Shown: piece by piece, positions 1 to 10,000 of the stretch | Layout: every line of letters begins with the position of its first letter | How positions within the stretch are numbered: the first letter of the stretch is position 1 | NCBI GenBank assembly: GCA_016930515.1 | Contig: JAFGGO010000036.1 | Location: forward strand, 1 to 58,465 | From: Promethearchaeota archaeon | Lineage (GTDB): Archaea; Asgardarchaeota; Lokiarchaeia; Sigyniarchaeales; SOKP01 | Direction: 5' to 3' | DNA: 58,465 nt | Made by a program: the position numbers and the translations under genes | Notes under the pieces: model-generated | Seen by the model: the letters and a program-made list of their open reading frames with translations, nothing else | Databases searched by the model: none | What the model was told of the DNA's origin: nothing

Positions 1-115
1 AATATAAAATTTATTTAAATTAAAGGAAATAATCCTTTTGGAATTGTTTTTAGTTAGAATAAAAGTATTTAAAAAAAATCAGGTAAATTTGTATAATATT
101 TCGAAAAATCTATAC

Positions 116-1435
116 TTATTCTCCCCCCGCTAAAGTAACGAAGGTGACATTGTTAAAGTAATAATCGACACCCATCCTTCCATATACTTCCCCTCCAGAA
201 CCGAGGATCATCCTTGGAATATCTTTCCCAATCGTATCGTCTATAGTTTTTACGATTCTAGGAAGATTATCTCCATATGCTAAGAAACGAATTGCACAGT
301 CAAAACCAAGGAGGAATTTAGGATTCGATATTCCGCTCAATGCTTGACTCACGGCATCTCGTGCGGTCCTATGCATTATTTCCATATTACTTTGGAAAAT
401 TTCTATTTTATCAGGCACTCTTTCAAATGGAAATCCAGTGTTAACAAGACTTTCCAGCTCGGGATCGGTAATAGTTGCGGTAAGATGAATGATATCATCA
501 CCATTATCCTTTATTTCCCTCATACCCATAATAATGTGGTAATTAAGATATCCCCCACTTTTCAATTCATATAAAGCTTCCTTGGTAATACCAACTGCCG
601 AACACAACCCCAACAAGGCAGGTTTTCCATCAATTTTTAACAAGAAATTACCTATGTTTTTGGTTGGGGTGCAAGTCTTGCCCGTGCTTTCAGCCCCTGC
701 GGCAAAACCGTATCCAAATTTTGTATTACCACTTCCTGATAATATCGTTCCGACAACATTATCCGTACCCACGGTGTCGTTATAAAACTCAACCGAATCG
801 TAATCTCGTATGTTACTTGCTACATTTCCCACTACGGGATATTTCCATCCTTTTGCGTACAAATTTTCAAGTAACTCTTGCACCGCTGGCATACCCATTC
901 CTTTCTCTTTCATTTCATCCAATTCCTTCTTAAAAAATCGTTTTACGATTCCCGACATAAAAACAACGACTCTACTGTTTAAGGTCGCTTGCTTCGCAAA
1001 GATTTCTGGAGGAAATTTGATGCCATCTTGAAATAAAAGTAAGAAACGATCGTCTTTTGGTTGTAACCCTAGGTTTTTTTGATATATCGTTTCAGCGATT
1101 TTTTCAAATTCCATTCTAGAATTTGATTCGTTAAATGAGGCATCTACCGAAAAATCACCTCCGATTAGCATCAATCCCACACTCCTGAGGGCAAACCTGT
1201 CATTAACTAATATACCGTTTACCGTGCTTCCAATTAATGTAATATTTGGTCCTAATTCTTCTTTAATACCTCGAAGAATCTCTTGATAATTATATTTTCT
1301 TCGAGAAAGAGCATCAACTGCGAGTATTGCCAATTTAGGTTTGGTTTTCATATGTTCTAAAGCCTGCTTAGCAACTACTTTACCAGCGATATACCCATCT
1401 TTTTCAGTGGTAATACCTACTCCCGCATCTAACAT
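116..1435 (-). CDS. FIST-domain (FIST_N/FIST_C, NosP-like) sensory protein
   Basis: FIST hallmarks: N-terminal 'DGYIAGKVVAKQAL', 'LIGSTVNG', 'LLKIDGKPAL', 'GFDCAIR', and C-terminal 'GGEVYG..YYFNNVT'. Confidence 0.8.
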   Translation of the reverse strand: MLDAGVGITTEKDGYIAGKVVAKQALEHMKTKPKLAILAVDALSRRKYNYQEILRGIKEELGPNITLIGSTVNGILVNDRFALRSVGLMLIGGDFSVDASFNESNSRMEFEKIAETIYQKNLGLQPKDDRFLLLFQDGIKFPPEIFAKQATLNSRVVVFMSGIVKRFFKKELDEMKEKGMGMPAVQELLENLYAKGWKYPVVGNVASNIRDYDSVEFYNDTVGTDNVVGTILSGSGNTKFGYGFAAGAESTGKTCTPTKNIGNFLLKIDGKPALLGLCSAVGITKEALYELKSGGYLNYHIIMGMREIKDNGDDIIHLTATITDPELESLVNTGFPFERVPDKIEIFQSNMEIMHRTARDAVSQALSGISNPKFLLGFDCAIRFLAYGDNLPRIVKTIDDTIGKDIPRMILGSGGEVYGRMGVDYYFNNVTFVTLAGGE

Positions 1436-1473
1436 ATTTTTTCTACTTGGTTTTGTTATTATTATTAATTAGA

Positions 1474-2028
1474 TCATAGTTCTGTTAAAAAAGACTTAAT
1501 TTTGGATTGTAAATTCTCAATATCCCCTGCAATTTCCTTCAAAAGAGAAGTCATTTTCTTTTTAAATGAAGAAAAATCGTCTGTTTCTTTTTCAAACGCC
1601 TTTGGTTCGATAATTTTAGCTTGAGCTCGAATTTCTTCACGCTTGACTTGTTTGACGGTCGGGGATTTTTCAGGAATTTCCGTTGCAAGAGGGATGATTA
1701 CTTTATCCATTTCAATTTTGTTTTCTGAAGGTTCTCTAATTTCAATTGCGTTGAGGTCTGGGAAGTGTTCAGGTTCTTTTCCTTGTTCGACGACTTCGAT
1801 ACTCGCACCATATAAACGTTTTTTCGACTTGATCTTCGTTGCGGACACGCCAGCGAAGTATCTATCCATATTTTTCGCTTCAGAACCGCTCCATATCCAA
1901 ATTTTGGATTTTTTTGCGTGTTTATCGATGATAATGTATATATTGTCTTTATCTAGTTTTTTTTCGTCTGTTGGAACTAATTCTCTTCCAATTATTTTAT
2001 ACATTGTTAAACTCATAATTTTCACCAA
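1474..2028 (-). CDS. Single gelsolin-like domain protein with C-terminal helical/coiled-coil tail
   Basis: 'LDKDNIYIIID..KIWIWSGSEAK..' and 'EVVEQGKEPEHF' match the gelsolin repeat pattern (LxxxDxYIlD, IxxWxG, vxqGxEpxxF). Confidence 0.75.
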   Translation of the reverse strand: MVKIMSLTMYKIIGRELVPTDEKKLDKDNIYIIIDKHAKKSKIWIWSGSEAKNMDRYFAGVSATKIKSKKRLYGASIEVVEQGKEPEHFPDLNAIEIREPSENKIEMDKVIIPLATEIPEKSPTVKQVKREEIRAQAKIIEPKAFEKETDDFSSFKKKMTSLLKEIAGDIENLQSKIKSFLTEL

Positions 2029-2988
2029 CTATATTTTAATTATTCGACTTGCCCAGTTATCGATTCTCTCAGAAAATCGTTTTATCTCATTAGGAGAGAA
2101 TTTCTCGTGGTTCTTGCTCAAATCGCGAGAACATCGAGAAATATCGAACAGCGCCAAAGAAGTCCCCAAATGTTCCAAAATAGTGTCTTTTAATGTTTCT
2201 AAAATTTCTGAAAATTTAACTCCCGTGAAATTTGGAAGATCTGTTTTTAGAATCGAAAAGATATTCTTAATTACGATGTACTTTTCATCGTTTGATTTAG
2301 CCTTAATTGAATTTATTAAGTCTAAAAGCCCCGATTCTCTGGATTCATGCGCCTCAGATGTTATTGGGGGTTTAGATTGCTCTAATGGGATGGAGGGCAA
2401 GTTCTCCTCGCATTCAACCAATACTTCTGGAGTAACTGGAAGATCAATAAGTTCTTCACCAGTCTCAGACATTAACATTTCAGGTGCAGTAGGCTCCTCA
2501 ACAGGTTCAGGAATAATGATCCTTGAAACAGCAGTTTCTTTAGTTTCTTGTTCGATTTCAATACCTATTTTCCCAAATCCCTTCGCAGGTAATTTTAAAA
2601 CATCATCTCCGAGGTTAAATATTTGCTTGCGAATTTTTTTTAGAATGTCAATCATCGCAAGTTTTGCATAAGAAAGATTGATTTCTTGTGCCCCCATAGC
2701 TAATAAAATCAGGTGGGGAGGAATATTATAAAACATTATATACCCTCGATCTCCTTCTATTGTTAATTCTTGAAGGGGCCCATGACCAAAACCCGAGGCA
2801 AATTGTTGGAATGTATCTCTCAACACGCTTAATTCCCATAATATTTCTTCTGGAATAAAAAATGGAATCGTGGATTCAATAACCGTGTTATCTTCTACAT
2901 TTACAAAAAAACATCCGTTCAAATCCGTTATATCCTCAATTTCTCGCAAGTAGTCTAATAATTTTATACCTTCGGTCGTAATTAACAC
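2029..2988 (-). CDS. Roadblock/LC7-like N-terminal domain, Pro/Glu-rich linker, C-terminal helical domain
   Basis: 'GHGPLQELTIEGDRGYIMFYNI...LILLAMGAQEINLSYAKL' is MglB/Roadblock-like. The annotated GTG overlaps a GAGGTG SD-like motif, so the start is uncertain. Confidence 0.7.
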   Translation of the reverse strand: MLITTEGIKLLDYLREIEDITDLNGCFFVNVEDNTVIESTIPFFIPEEILWELSVLRDTFQQFASGFGHGPLQELTIEGDRGYIMFYNIPPHLILLAMGAQEINLSYAKLAMIDILKKIRKQIFNLGDDVLKLPAKGFGKIGIEIEQETKETAVSRIIIPEPVEEPTAPEMLMSETGEELIDLPVTPEVLVECEENLPSIPLEQSKPPITSEAHESRESGLLDLINSIKAKSNDEKYIVIKNIFSILKTDLPNFTGVKFSEILETLKDTILEHLGTSLALFDISRCSRDLSKNHEKFSPNEIKRFSERIDNWASRIIKI

Positions 2989-2995
2989 CTCATTT

Positions 2996-3415
2996 TTACT
3001 CTATAAACAAGAGATCGTCAAGGTTACCCTTGAAACCCTTGAATAGATCGTTAATTTTAATTGCTAAATTGCTAATACCAAAAGCAATTCGAAATACATC
3101 CGCTTCTTCTGCAATTATGGTAGTCAAGATGGCCTTTTCTCCTACTTTTTGGATTATCACTCTTCCCGACTCGCTATTTACCATAATTTTTTTAATCAAT
3201 CCTTTTTTCAAATTCATGCATAAGTTTTGAAAGGTAAGTTTTACTGCTGCCGAAACGGCACCTACTAGGATGGGATCCACTTCGCCTTTCCACGTATTTG
3301 CTATAGGAACTCCTGCGGGAAAAGCGATAACTATCTGACCGTGGACATCTCCTTGAGACTCAGTAAACTCCTTAACAAGCTCTTCTAATTGGTTCAATAA
3401 TTTATTTTCCGACAA
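2996..3415 (-). CDS. Roadblock/LC7 (MglB/LAMTOR-like) protein
   Basis: 139 aa; 'GVPIA..VDPILVGAVSAA..GLIKKIMVNSESGRVIIQKVGEKAILTTI'; TTG start. Confidence 0.85.
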   Translation of the reverse strand: MSENKLLNQLEELVKEFTESQGDVHGQIVIAFPAGVPIANTWKGEVDPILVGAVSAAVKLTFQNLCMNLKKGLIKKIMVNSESGRVIIQKVGEKAILTTIIAEEADVFRIAFGISNLAIKINDLFKGFKGNLDDLLFIE

Positions 3416-3883
3416 GTGATATCAGACTATATTTATTGTTTAATTTTAATTCTACCTTATAATTCTTTACGAGATGATTTATCAAAACACCTCGTTAGGA
3501 TGTAAAACTTTGATACATCAATCAAAAAAATTCGCTAATTTATAGTTTTTTATAACCAAAATTACTAATTTTTATATTGATTTTTTATATATTTTCTAAA
3601 GTTCCATATTTCAATAGTGTTTTATTAAATTAAACTGATTGAAATTATCACAGGCATTTAAATAGAGGATTTATTAAATAAAACAAGAAATGCCCCGAAA
3701 ATCAGAGTTAATTAGCTGAAAAGTCTAATTTTCGATATATTTTCAAAATTATCGACCCATATTTGACTTATGAAAAAAATTTCGTGTTATTAGAACACAA
3801 GTTCTTTAATAAAGTATTTTTTTAAACACAAGGTTAATTTTCCTTTTTGTTTATAATCCTAATTTTATAAAATAGGTTTAATT

Positions 3884-4429
3884 ATGAAAAAAAAAGTTAA
3901 GGGATCGTTAGCTAAGATTTTAGTTAGATCGGTTAGATCTAATAAAACTGGAGTCTACGAAGACATTCTCTCGAGAGAAGGGCAAGAATTAATCAACCAA
4001 AGGATATTCGATTCCATATGGTATTCATACGAAGCGTATAGAAATGTTCACGATGCCGTTGCTAAAGTTGAAGCAAATAATAATCAAAAAATCCTGTTTC
4101 AATGGGGACAAAAATTTGGAGATGCTCTCATGACTTCGATTTATAAAAATACTGTTTCTGTTATCGACATTAAGATGGCTATTGATAGATACAAGCGTTT
4201 TCACAATTTACTTTATAACGGGGGCATATTAAAGCATGATTTTCTTTCAAGTAGTCATTTGAGAGTTATCTATGATGGTTTTGAGCGCGATTGGGAGCTA
4301 TATTACTACATTTCCAGCGGTTGGATGCATAAGTTCTTGGAATTGTGTTTAAATAAAGATATAGCGTTCAGTTTCCACATGAAGTCATGGGAAGGCGCAC
4401 AATGGACGGTTTATGATTTTTCTTGGTAA
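3884..4429 (+). CDS. H-NOX/V4R-fold-like protein (DUF2378/TIGR02265-like), array copy 1
   Basis: Shared motifs KxKG, 'SxWYx(F/Y)ExY', 'WG', 'KYKRF', 'GWxxKF', 'KSWEG...W-stop'. The fold call is inference. Confidence 0.6.
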   Translation: MKKKVKGSLAKILVRSVRSNKTGVYEDILSREGQELINQRIFDSIWYSYEAYRNVHDAVAKVEANNNQKILFQWGQKFGDALMTSIYKNTVSVIDIKMAIDRYKRFHNLLYNGGILKHDFLSSSHLRVIYDGFERDWELYYYISSGWMHKFLELCLNKDIAFSFHMKSWEGAQWTVYDFSW

Positions 4430-4582
4430 TAAATCATTTTAACATCTCTCTATTTTTAGAGAAACAATAATATTATTATTTCTAATGAACAATACTGCTT
4501 AGAACTGTAAAAAAAAGCTTAAATTTAAATCCTTGAATTATCATGTTATTTAAAGGGGTTTTTAAAAAAAAAGGGTAAAATA

Positions 4583-5125
4583 TTGAAAAAAGTAAAAGGT
4601 TCCTTAGTTAAAATTTTAGTTAGATCGGTCAGATTGAACAAAACAGGGGCTTACGACCACATTCTCTCAAGCGAGGGACAAGAATTAGTTCATCAGAGGA
4701 TATTTGATTCTATATGGTATACTTACGAGGCCTACAGGAACGTCTACGATGCCGTTGCTAAAATTGAAGCGAATAATAATCAAAAAATTCTATTTCAATG
4801 GGGACAGAAATTCGGTGAAATAATCATGACCTCTATTTATAAAAACTCTATGATAGACAACGATGTTTCACAAGCAATAGATAAATACGCTCGATTTCAC
4901 AAGCTGGTTTATACTTGGGGCAGAATCAAGCCTGAGTTGCTTTCAGATTATCATTTAATCGTGACATACGAGGATTTCGAACGCGATTGGGAACTATATT
5001 ACTACATTTCCAGTGGTTGGATGCATAAATACTTGGAATTGTGCTTGAAAAAACCAATAACTTTCAAGTTCTACAAAAAATCTTGGGAAGGCGCAGATTG
5101 GACGACCTACGATTTTATGTGGTAA
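4583..5125 (+). CDS. H-NOX/V4R-fold-like protein, array copy 2
   Basis: Close paralog of copy 1, with long identical stretches such as 'FERDWELYYYISSGWMHK'. Confidence 0.6.
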   Translation: MKKVKGSLVKILVRSVRLNKTGAYDHILSSEGQELVHQRIFDSIWYTYEAYRNVYDAVAKIEANNNQKILFQWGQKFGEIIMTSIYKNSMIDNDVSQAIDKYARFHKLVYTWGRIKPELLSDYHLIVTYEDFERDWELYYYISSGWMHKYLELCLKKPITFKFYKKSWEGADWTTYDFMW

Positions 5126-5363
5126 AAATCAGTGATACAAATAATAAATCTGTTTCATCAGTTTAAGTTAATAATTTTTATTACAATCAACAATAAAGAC
5201 ACGATATTATCAATAAAAATAAGGCAAATTTTCTCGTTTCGAGTGAATTAGTCGCAGTTATTTGAATTAAAACATGAAAATTTAAATTTCCATTGATTTA
5301 TATATTATAAAACAAATTCAATTCATCTAAAATCACCTAAATTAATTTTCTATTAGAAAAATC

Positions 5364-5906
5364 ATGAAAAAGGCAAAAGGGACAATTATTCTTTATATCA
5401 TAAAGGGAATAAAATCCAATAAGACTGACGCTTACAAGAAATTATTATCTAAAGACGCTAAGAAATTAGTATCGCAAAACATTTTACCCTCGGAATGGTA
5501 CCCTTTCGAAGCGTATAAAGAATGCATGGTTGCCCTTGCTCGCGTTGAAACGGAGGGAAACATGGAAATTGTTAGAGATTGGGGAAGAATGTTTGGTCAG
5601 AAAATCATGACCGATTTATATGGCCAAATCATAGAAGAGGGGGACGTTCGGAAAGCATTAGATAAGTACAAGCGTTTTCAGAGAATTATTTTTAATTTTG
5701 GGTCAATAAACATCAAATTTATTTCAGAAAAAGACATAAACATTTCTTTTACTGGTTTTGATCCAAATTTTCAGGAATATTACGAGTTAGCCATGGGATG
5801 GATAGAAAAGTTCGTAGAATTATGCGTTGGAAAGAAACCTAAAAGCATTTTTTTAAATAAATCTTGGGAAGGAGATGAAATAACCAAGTTCCGAATTTCT
5901 TGGTAG
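5364..5906 (+). CDS. H-NOX/V4R-fold-like protein, array copy 3
   Basis: Same motifs, 180 aa; closest to copy 4. Confidence 0.6.
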   Translation: MKKAKGTIILYIIKGIKSNKTDAYKKLLSKDAKKLVSQNILPSEWYPFEAYKECMVALARVETEGNMEIVRDWGRMFGQKIMTDLYGQIIEEGDVRKALDKYKRFQRIIFNFGSINIKFISEKDINISFTGFDPNFQEYYELAMGWIEKFVELCVGKKPKSIFLNKSWEGDEITKFRISW

Positions 5907-6082
5907 AATCAGTTCATTTTTTAATATTAAAAAAATCCAATAATTCTAAAAGAATATAATTGGGAATGTTGAATTTTTTTTTAATACTATGTGAAACTTT
6001 AAATTTTTTTTAGTCTATTTTATAACAATAACAAATTCAATTAGATTAATAATCTTAATAATTCTCTCTTGTAAGGGTCATC

Positions 6083-6625
6083 ATGAAGAAAACAAAAGGC
6101 ATTTTTATGCATTATATCGTAACGGGAATAAAGGCTAACAAGACTGACGCTTACAAGAAATTACTGTCTAAAGACGCTAAAAAAATAATATCTCAAAATA
6201 TCTTGGCTTCGGATTGGTATCCATTCGAGATTTATAAGGAACTTTTAAACGCACTCGCAAAGGTTGAAGCACGAGGTGACATGAACATCGTTCAAAATTG
6301 GGGGCGTAATTTTGGTCATAAAGCGATGACAGAGCTATACGCTCAAACACTAGAAGAAGGTAATGTTCGAAAAGCTTTGGAGAAGTACAAGCGTTTTTCA
6401 AGAATCGTTTTCAATTTTAATTCGATTAATCTCGAATATATTTCTGGAAGAGAGATTCACGTGTCTTATGAAGATTTTGATCCCGATTTTGAAGTGTATT
6501 ACCATTTAGCAGTTGGTTGGATTGAAAAGTTCGTTGAAATATGCGCGGGTGTCATGCCTGAAAGTTGTTTTTTATCAAAATCATGGGAAGGAGACGGAAT
6601 AACGAAGTTTCGAATTTCTTGGTGA
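6083..6625 (+). CDS. H-NOX/V4R-fold-like protein, array copy 4
   Basis: Shares 'NKTDAYKKLLSKDAKK' and 'KSWEGDxITKFRISW' with copy 3. Confidence 0.6.
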   Translation: MKKTKGIFMHYIVTGIKANKTDAYKKLLSKDAKKIISQNILASDWYPFEIYKELLNALAKVEARGDMNIVQNWGRNFGHKAMTELYAQTLEEGNVRKALEKYKRFSRIVFNFNSINLEYISGREIHVSYEDFDPDFEVYYHLAVGWIEKFVEICAGVMPESCFLSKSWEGDGITKFRISW

Positions 6626-6796
6626 ATCTAATGACCTTTTTTCAAAATAGCACGACTATAATTATAATCAATAAAGATATATTTCACTTTTTTAAAGACA
6701 TATTTAAACCGAGAAAAAATGAAATATTTATATCTAAGTTTTTTTATGAGGGATGTATATAATATAAGAAAATAAACACGATTAAGGTACCGATAA

Positions 6797-7339
6797 GTGA
6801 AAAAAGTAAGAGGTTCGGTTTTTATACCTGTTGTTCGAGCCATTAAAGGCGATAAAAGTGATATTTTCGACTCCCTGATAACAGAGGAGGCAAAAGAGCT
6901 CATTGCAAATAGAATCTTGAGTTCTGCATGGTATCCATTTGACTTGTATAAAAATTGTATGAATGCAGTATCTAAGGTAGGGGCGAAAGGAAATTATGAG
7001 GTGCTCAAAAAATGGGGTGAAGATTATTACGACGAGATATTGCCCACCGTGTACAAGAAAAGCATAAGAGGCAATAATGTAAAAAACGCAATGGATATGT
7101 ACAAGAGATTCATCAAGATGATATACGATTTTGGAGAGGTTATACTAGAATATCCATCAAATAAAGAAGTTAACATAATCTACAAGGATTATGACGATGA
7201 TTTTATACCGTTTTTCTACATTACAAATGGTTTAATCGAGAAATTTGTTGAAAAAGCTTTAGAAAAAAGGGTAAAATCGGACTTTATAAGAAAATCTTGG
7301 GAACAAGGCGGAACCACCATTTTAAAGGTGACTTGGTAA
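6797..7339 (+). CDS. H-NOX/V4R-fold-like protein, array copy 5
   Basis: Same motifs; GTG start; closest to copy 6. Confidence 0.6.
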   Translation: MKKVRGSVFIPVVRAIKGDKSDIFDSLITEEAKELIANRILSSAWYPFDLYKNCMNAVSKVGAKGNYEVLKKWGEDYYDEILPTVYKKSIRGNNVKNAMDMYKRFIKMIYDFGEVILEYPSNKEVNIIYKDYDDDFIPFFYITNGLIEKFVEKALEKRVKSDFIRKSWEQGGTTILKVTW

Positions 7340-7474
7340 ACCCTGCTAAGAAAAATAATTAATTAAGGTCGTCCATAAATCAAATTTTTTCAAGTTCGGA
7401 TCGTTTTAATCCATAAAATGAGATCAACAATTTTTAATCAAATAATATAAAAATGAAGAAAAGGATGAGAAAAT

Positions 7475-8017
7475 ATGAGAATGGCTAAAGGATCGGTGTT
7501 TAAATCTGTTGCTAGGGGCATACGATCGGATAAAACTGGTTTATACGAAGATTTAATATCAGAAGAAGCAAAGGAATTGATATCGAAGAGAATCCTAAGT
7601 TCCTCGTGGTATCCGTTTGAAATTTATAAGAATTGTCTCAATGCTGTAGCACGAATAGTTATAAAGGGAAATATGACAATCGTGAGAAATTGGGGTGTCG
7701 ATTATTTCGACGAGCTTCTTCCAACAGTTTTTAAAGAAGGTATTAAAGGTGAAGAAATACACAAGGCAATGGAAAAATATAAGCGCTTTTTAAGCATGGT
7801 GTATAATTTTGGAGAATTTCTCGTTGAATATCCTTCTGAAAATGAATTAATGATAACCTATAGGAATTTTGATAAAGATTTCGAAGTGCTCTACGAAATT
7901 ATAAGAAGCTTTACGGAAAAGTTCGTTGAAACGAGCGTCGGCGAAAAAACCAATTCAGAATTCGTGCAAAAATCCTGGGAAGACGCAGAAAACACCGTTC
8001 TGAAAATTTGGTGGTAA
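7475..8017 (+). CDS. H-NOX/V4R-fold-like protein, array copy 6
   Basis: Shares 'EEAKELI..RILSSxWYPF..YKNC' and 'EYPS' with copy 5. Confidence 0.6.
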   Translation: MRMAKGSVFKSVARGIRSDKTGLYEDLISEEAKELISKRILSSSWYPFEIYKNCLNAVARIVIKGNMTIVRNWGVDYFDELLPTVFKEGIKGEEIHKAMEKYKRFLSMVYNFGEFLVEYPSENELMITYRNFDKDFEVLYEIIRSFTEKFVETSVGEKTNSEFVQKSWEDAENTVLKIWW

Positions 8018-8121
8018 TTATCAAATATTTTTTAATATTAGCACGATCCTATAAGACTGAAAAAATTTTTATAGCCAATCTCTTATATCTTGACTATAAT
8101 TAACAAGGTAGATGAGTTTAA

Positions 8122-8297
8122 GTGAATAAAAAGAAGATCAAGGGTTTGATGGTCAAGAATTTTCTAAAGGGCGTGAAAACAAGTAAGAACAAAGATACAA
8201 TCTAAAAAAACTTTCCAATAAAGCCATAGAGTTAGTAAATAACATGATTCTAGATTCTACATGGTACGATTTTGAACCATTCAATTTACAGATTTAA
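8122..8297 (+). pseudogene. Truncated, frameshifted seventh copy of the array gene
   Basis: Manual translation gives (V)NKKKIKGLMVKNFLKGVKTSKN, then a frameshift near 8192, then YNLKKLSNKAIELVNNMILDSTWYDFEPF. This matches the array N-terminus. Not in the ORF track. Confidence 0.8.
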
Positions 8298-8316
8298 AAA
8301 GAAATGAAAAAGATTT

Positions 8317-9108
8317 TTAAATTTTATCGAGTCTACCACCATTAATTCCAACTATTTCGCCGTTCATAAACCATGCTTCTTCGCTACACAAGAAAAGGAT
8401 CACGCGGGACACGTACTCGCTTTTACCGATACCCAAGGGTATTCTACCTGAGTAATACTTTCTCCACTTTCCATCCTCCTTGGACAATAATTCTCCAAGA
8501 ATCGGTGTCTCTATAAGTGTGGGCATGATTGCGTGCGTTTTGATATTATATTTAATTAATTCCAAACCGGATGTTTTAACCATCCCCAACATTCCAGCTT
8601 TAGCTGCAGAATAATTTAGTTGTCCTATATTTCCCTCCGCTGCTTGGCTACTAATCGTGATGACCCTCCTGTCAGGATATTCTGCTATAGTATCTTTTGG
8701 GTTTTGTTGGCAATATGAAATCCATCGTTTTGTACAAGCTTGTAAGATCAAGAAAAATCCTTTAAGATGAGTGTTTATGACATTATCCCATCGCTCTTCG
8801 GATAGTTTATGAATCATTCCATCTTGCAAGATTCCAGCGGAATGGATCAAAAAATCTACAGTTCTATATTTTTCAAATACTATTTGAGTACTTTTTTCTA
8901 CATCGGAGCTCTCTCGGACGTCACATTCAATGAAAATGACTTCTCCTCCTGCGTTTTTTATTTCGGTTTCAACTCGCAGACCATTCGCCTTGTCAAAGTC
9001 AAGTAATGCCACGCGAGCACCTTCTTGTGCGAAATCTTTAGCCGTTCTCTCGCCCAAACCAGAAGCACCACCTGTAACGAGGGCGACTTTACCCTTAAAT
9101 CTATTCAA
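8317..9108 (-). CDS. Short-chain dehydrogenase/reductase (FabG-like 3-oxoacyl reductase)
   Basis: TGGASGLG Rossmann motif, YSAAK catalytic motif, 'GNIGQLNY'. Confidence 0.9.
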   Translation of the reverse strand: MNRFKGKVALVTGGASGLGERTAKDFAQEGARVALLDFDKANGLRVETEIKNAGGEVIFIECDVRESSDVEKSTQIVFEKYRTVDFLIHSAGILQDGMIHKLSEERWDNVINTHLKGFFLILQACTKRWISYCQQNPKDTIAEYPDRRVITISSQAAEGNIGQLNYSAAKAGMLGMVKTSGLELIKYNIKTHAIMPTLIETPILGELLSKEDGKWRKYYSGRIPLGIGKSEYVSRVILFLCSEEAWFMNGEIVGINGGRLDKI

Positions 9109-10000
9109 ACTATATTACCTCAATTAAGTGAATAATTTTTTATTTTTTTCATTAAGCATTTAATAATGTATTAAGTTTCATAAAATTTCTAGTTTTTGTT
9201 TAAAACAAAATCATCCATAAATTATTTTAATGAATATTAGAATTGAATCATTAACAGAAAAAAGAAAAAAAGAAGGGTAATGGAATGTTTATGATATTTG
9301 AACGATACATTATTGTGGAGGAATAAAATTATGGCTCAAAAATAACATTCCACTACGTGAGGACGATTTTTTCTCGTCTGATCATACTATGTTTTTTCAA
9401 ATATAAAAAGGTTTGGGTCAAATTTAGGGACGCTCTATTTAATTAATCCGTAAAATAGTGTGCTAGAACAACATATCAGCTAAGTTATGCGTTCATTTTT
9501 AGCATACTTCTATAATCTACAAAAAAAAGCGAAAAAAACTTAAGAGTTTAATTTACGAAAAAAAGTTTTCTTCAATTTTATGATTTAAAAAGGATTCTGT
9601 TTGCAGGGTATTATCCGAATCTTGGAAAAAAATCAGATCGAAAGGCATCAAACCAATCCTATAAACAATTTTTTCATACAAATTCCGCACACAAATTCAA
9701 AAAAAGTAAGAGCACAACAGTCTAGTATTAAGAAATAAAACCAGTCCTTTAATAAAAGAGAGAAATTAAGTAATTTCTCACATGGTGTTCTGTTCATAAG
9801 CCTTTAATTGAATAGAAAGAGTAATACAGTTTAAATCATTAAATATGGCAGATTAAAAATCTTGAACTTGAATATATGTTATAAATATTTAATTTCAAGT
9901 TGAAATTATTTTAATTTTTCGAGAGATATTTTAAAAAATCTATTATTTATTTACAGTTGTTTTATATATATAATACAATAACTGCAGTACTGTTGAAGTA

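Noticed and set aside
1643-2671. 342-aa plus-strand ORF
   Set aside because: Antisense shadow of the gelsolin and Roadblock genes; Ser/Ile/Phe-rich with no recognisable motifs.
3884-8017. Array as a CRISPR, DGR or integron cassette system
   Set aside because: The units are whole protein-coding paralogs. I found no short repeat-spacer pattern, reverse transcriptase, adenine-specific variation, integrase or attC-like sites.
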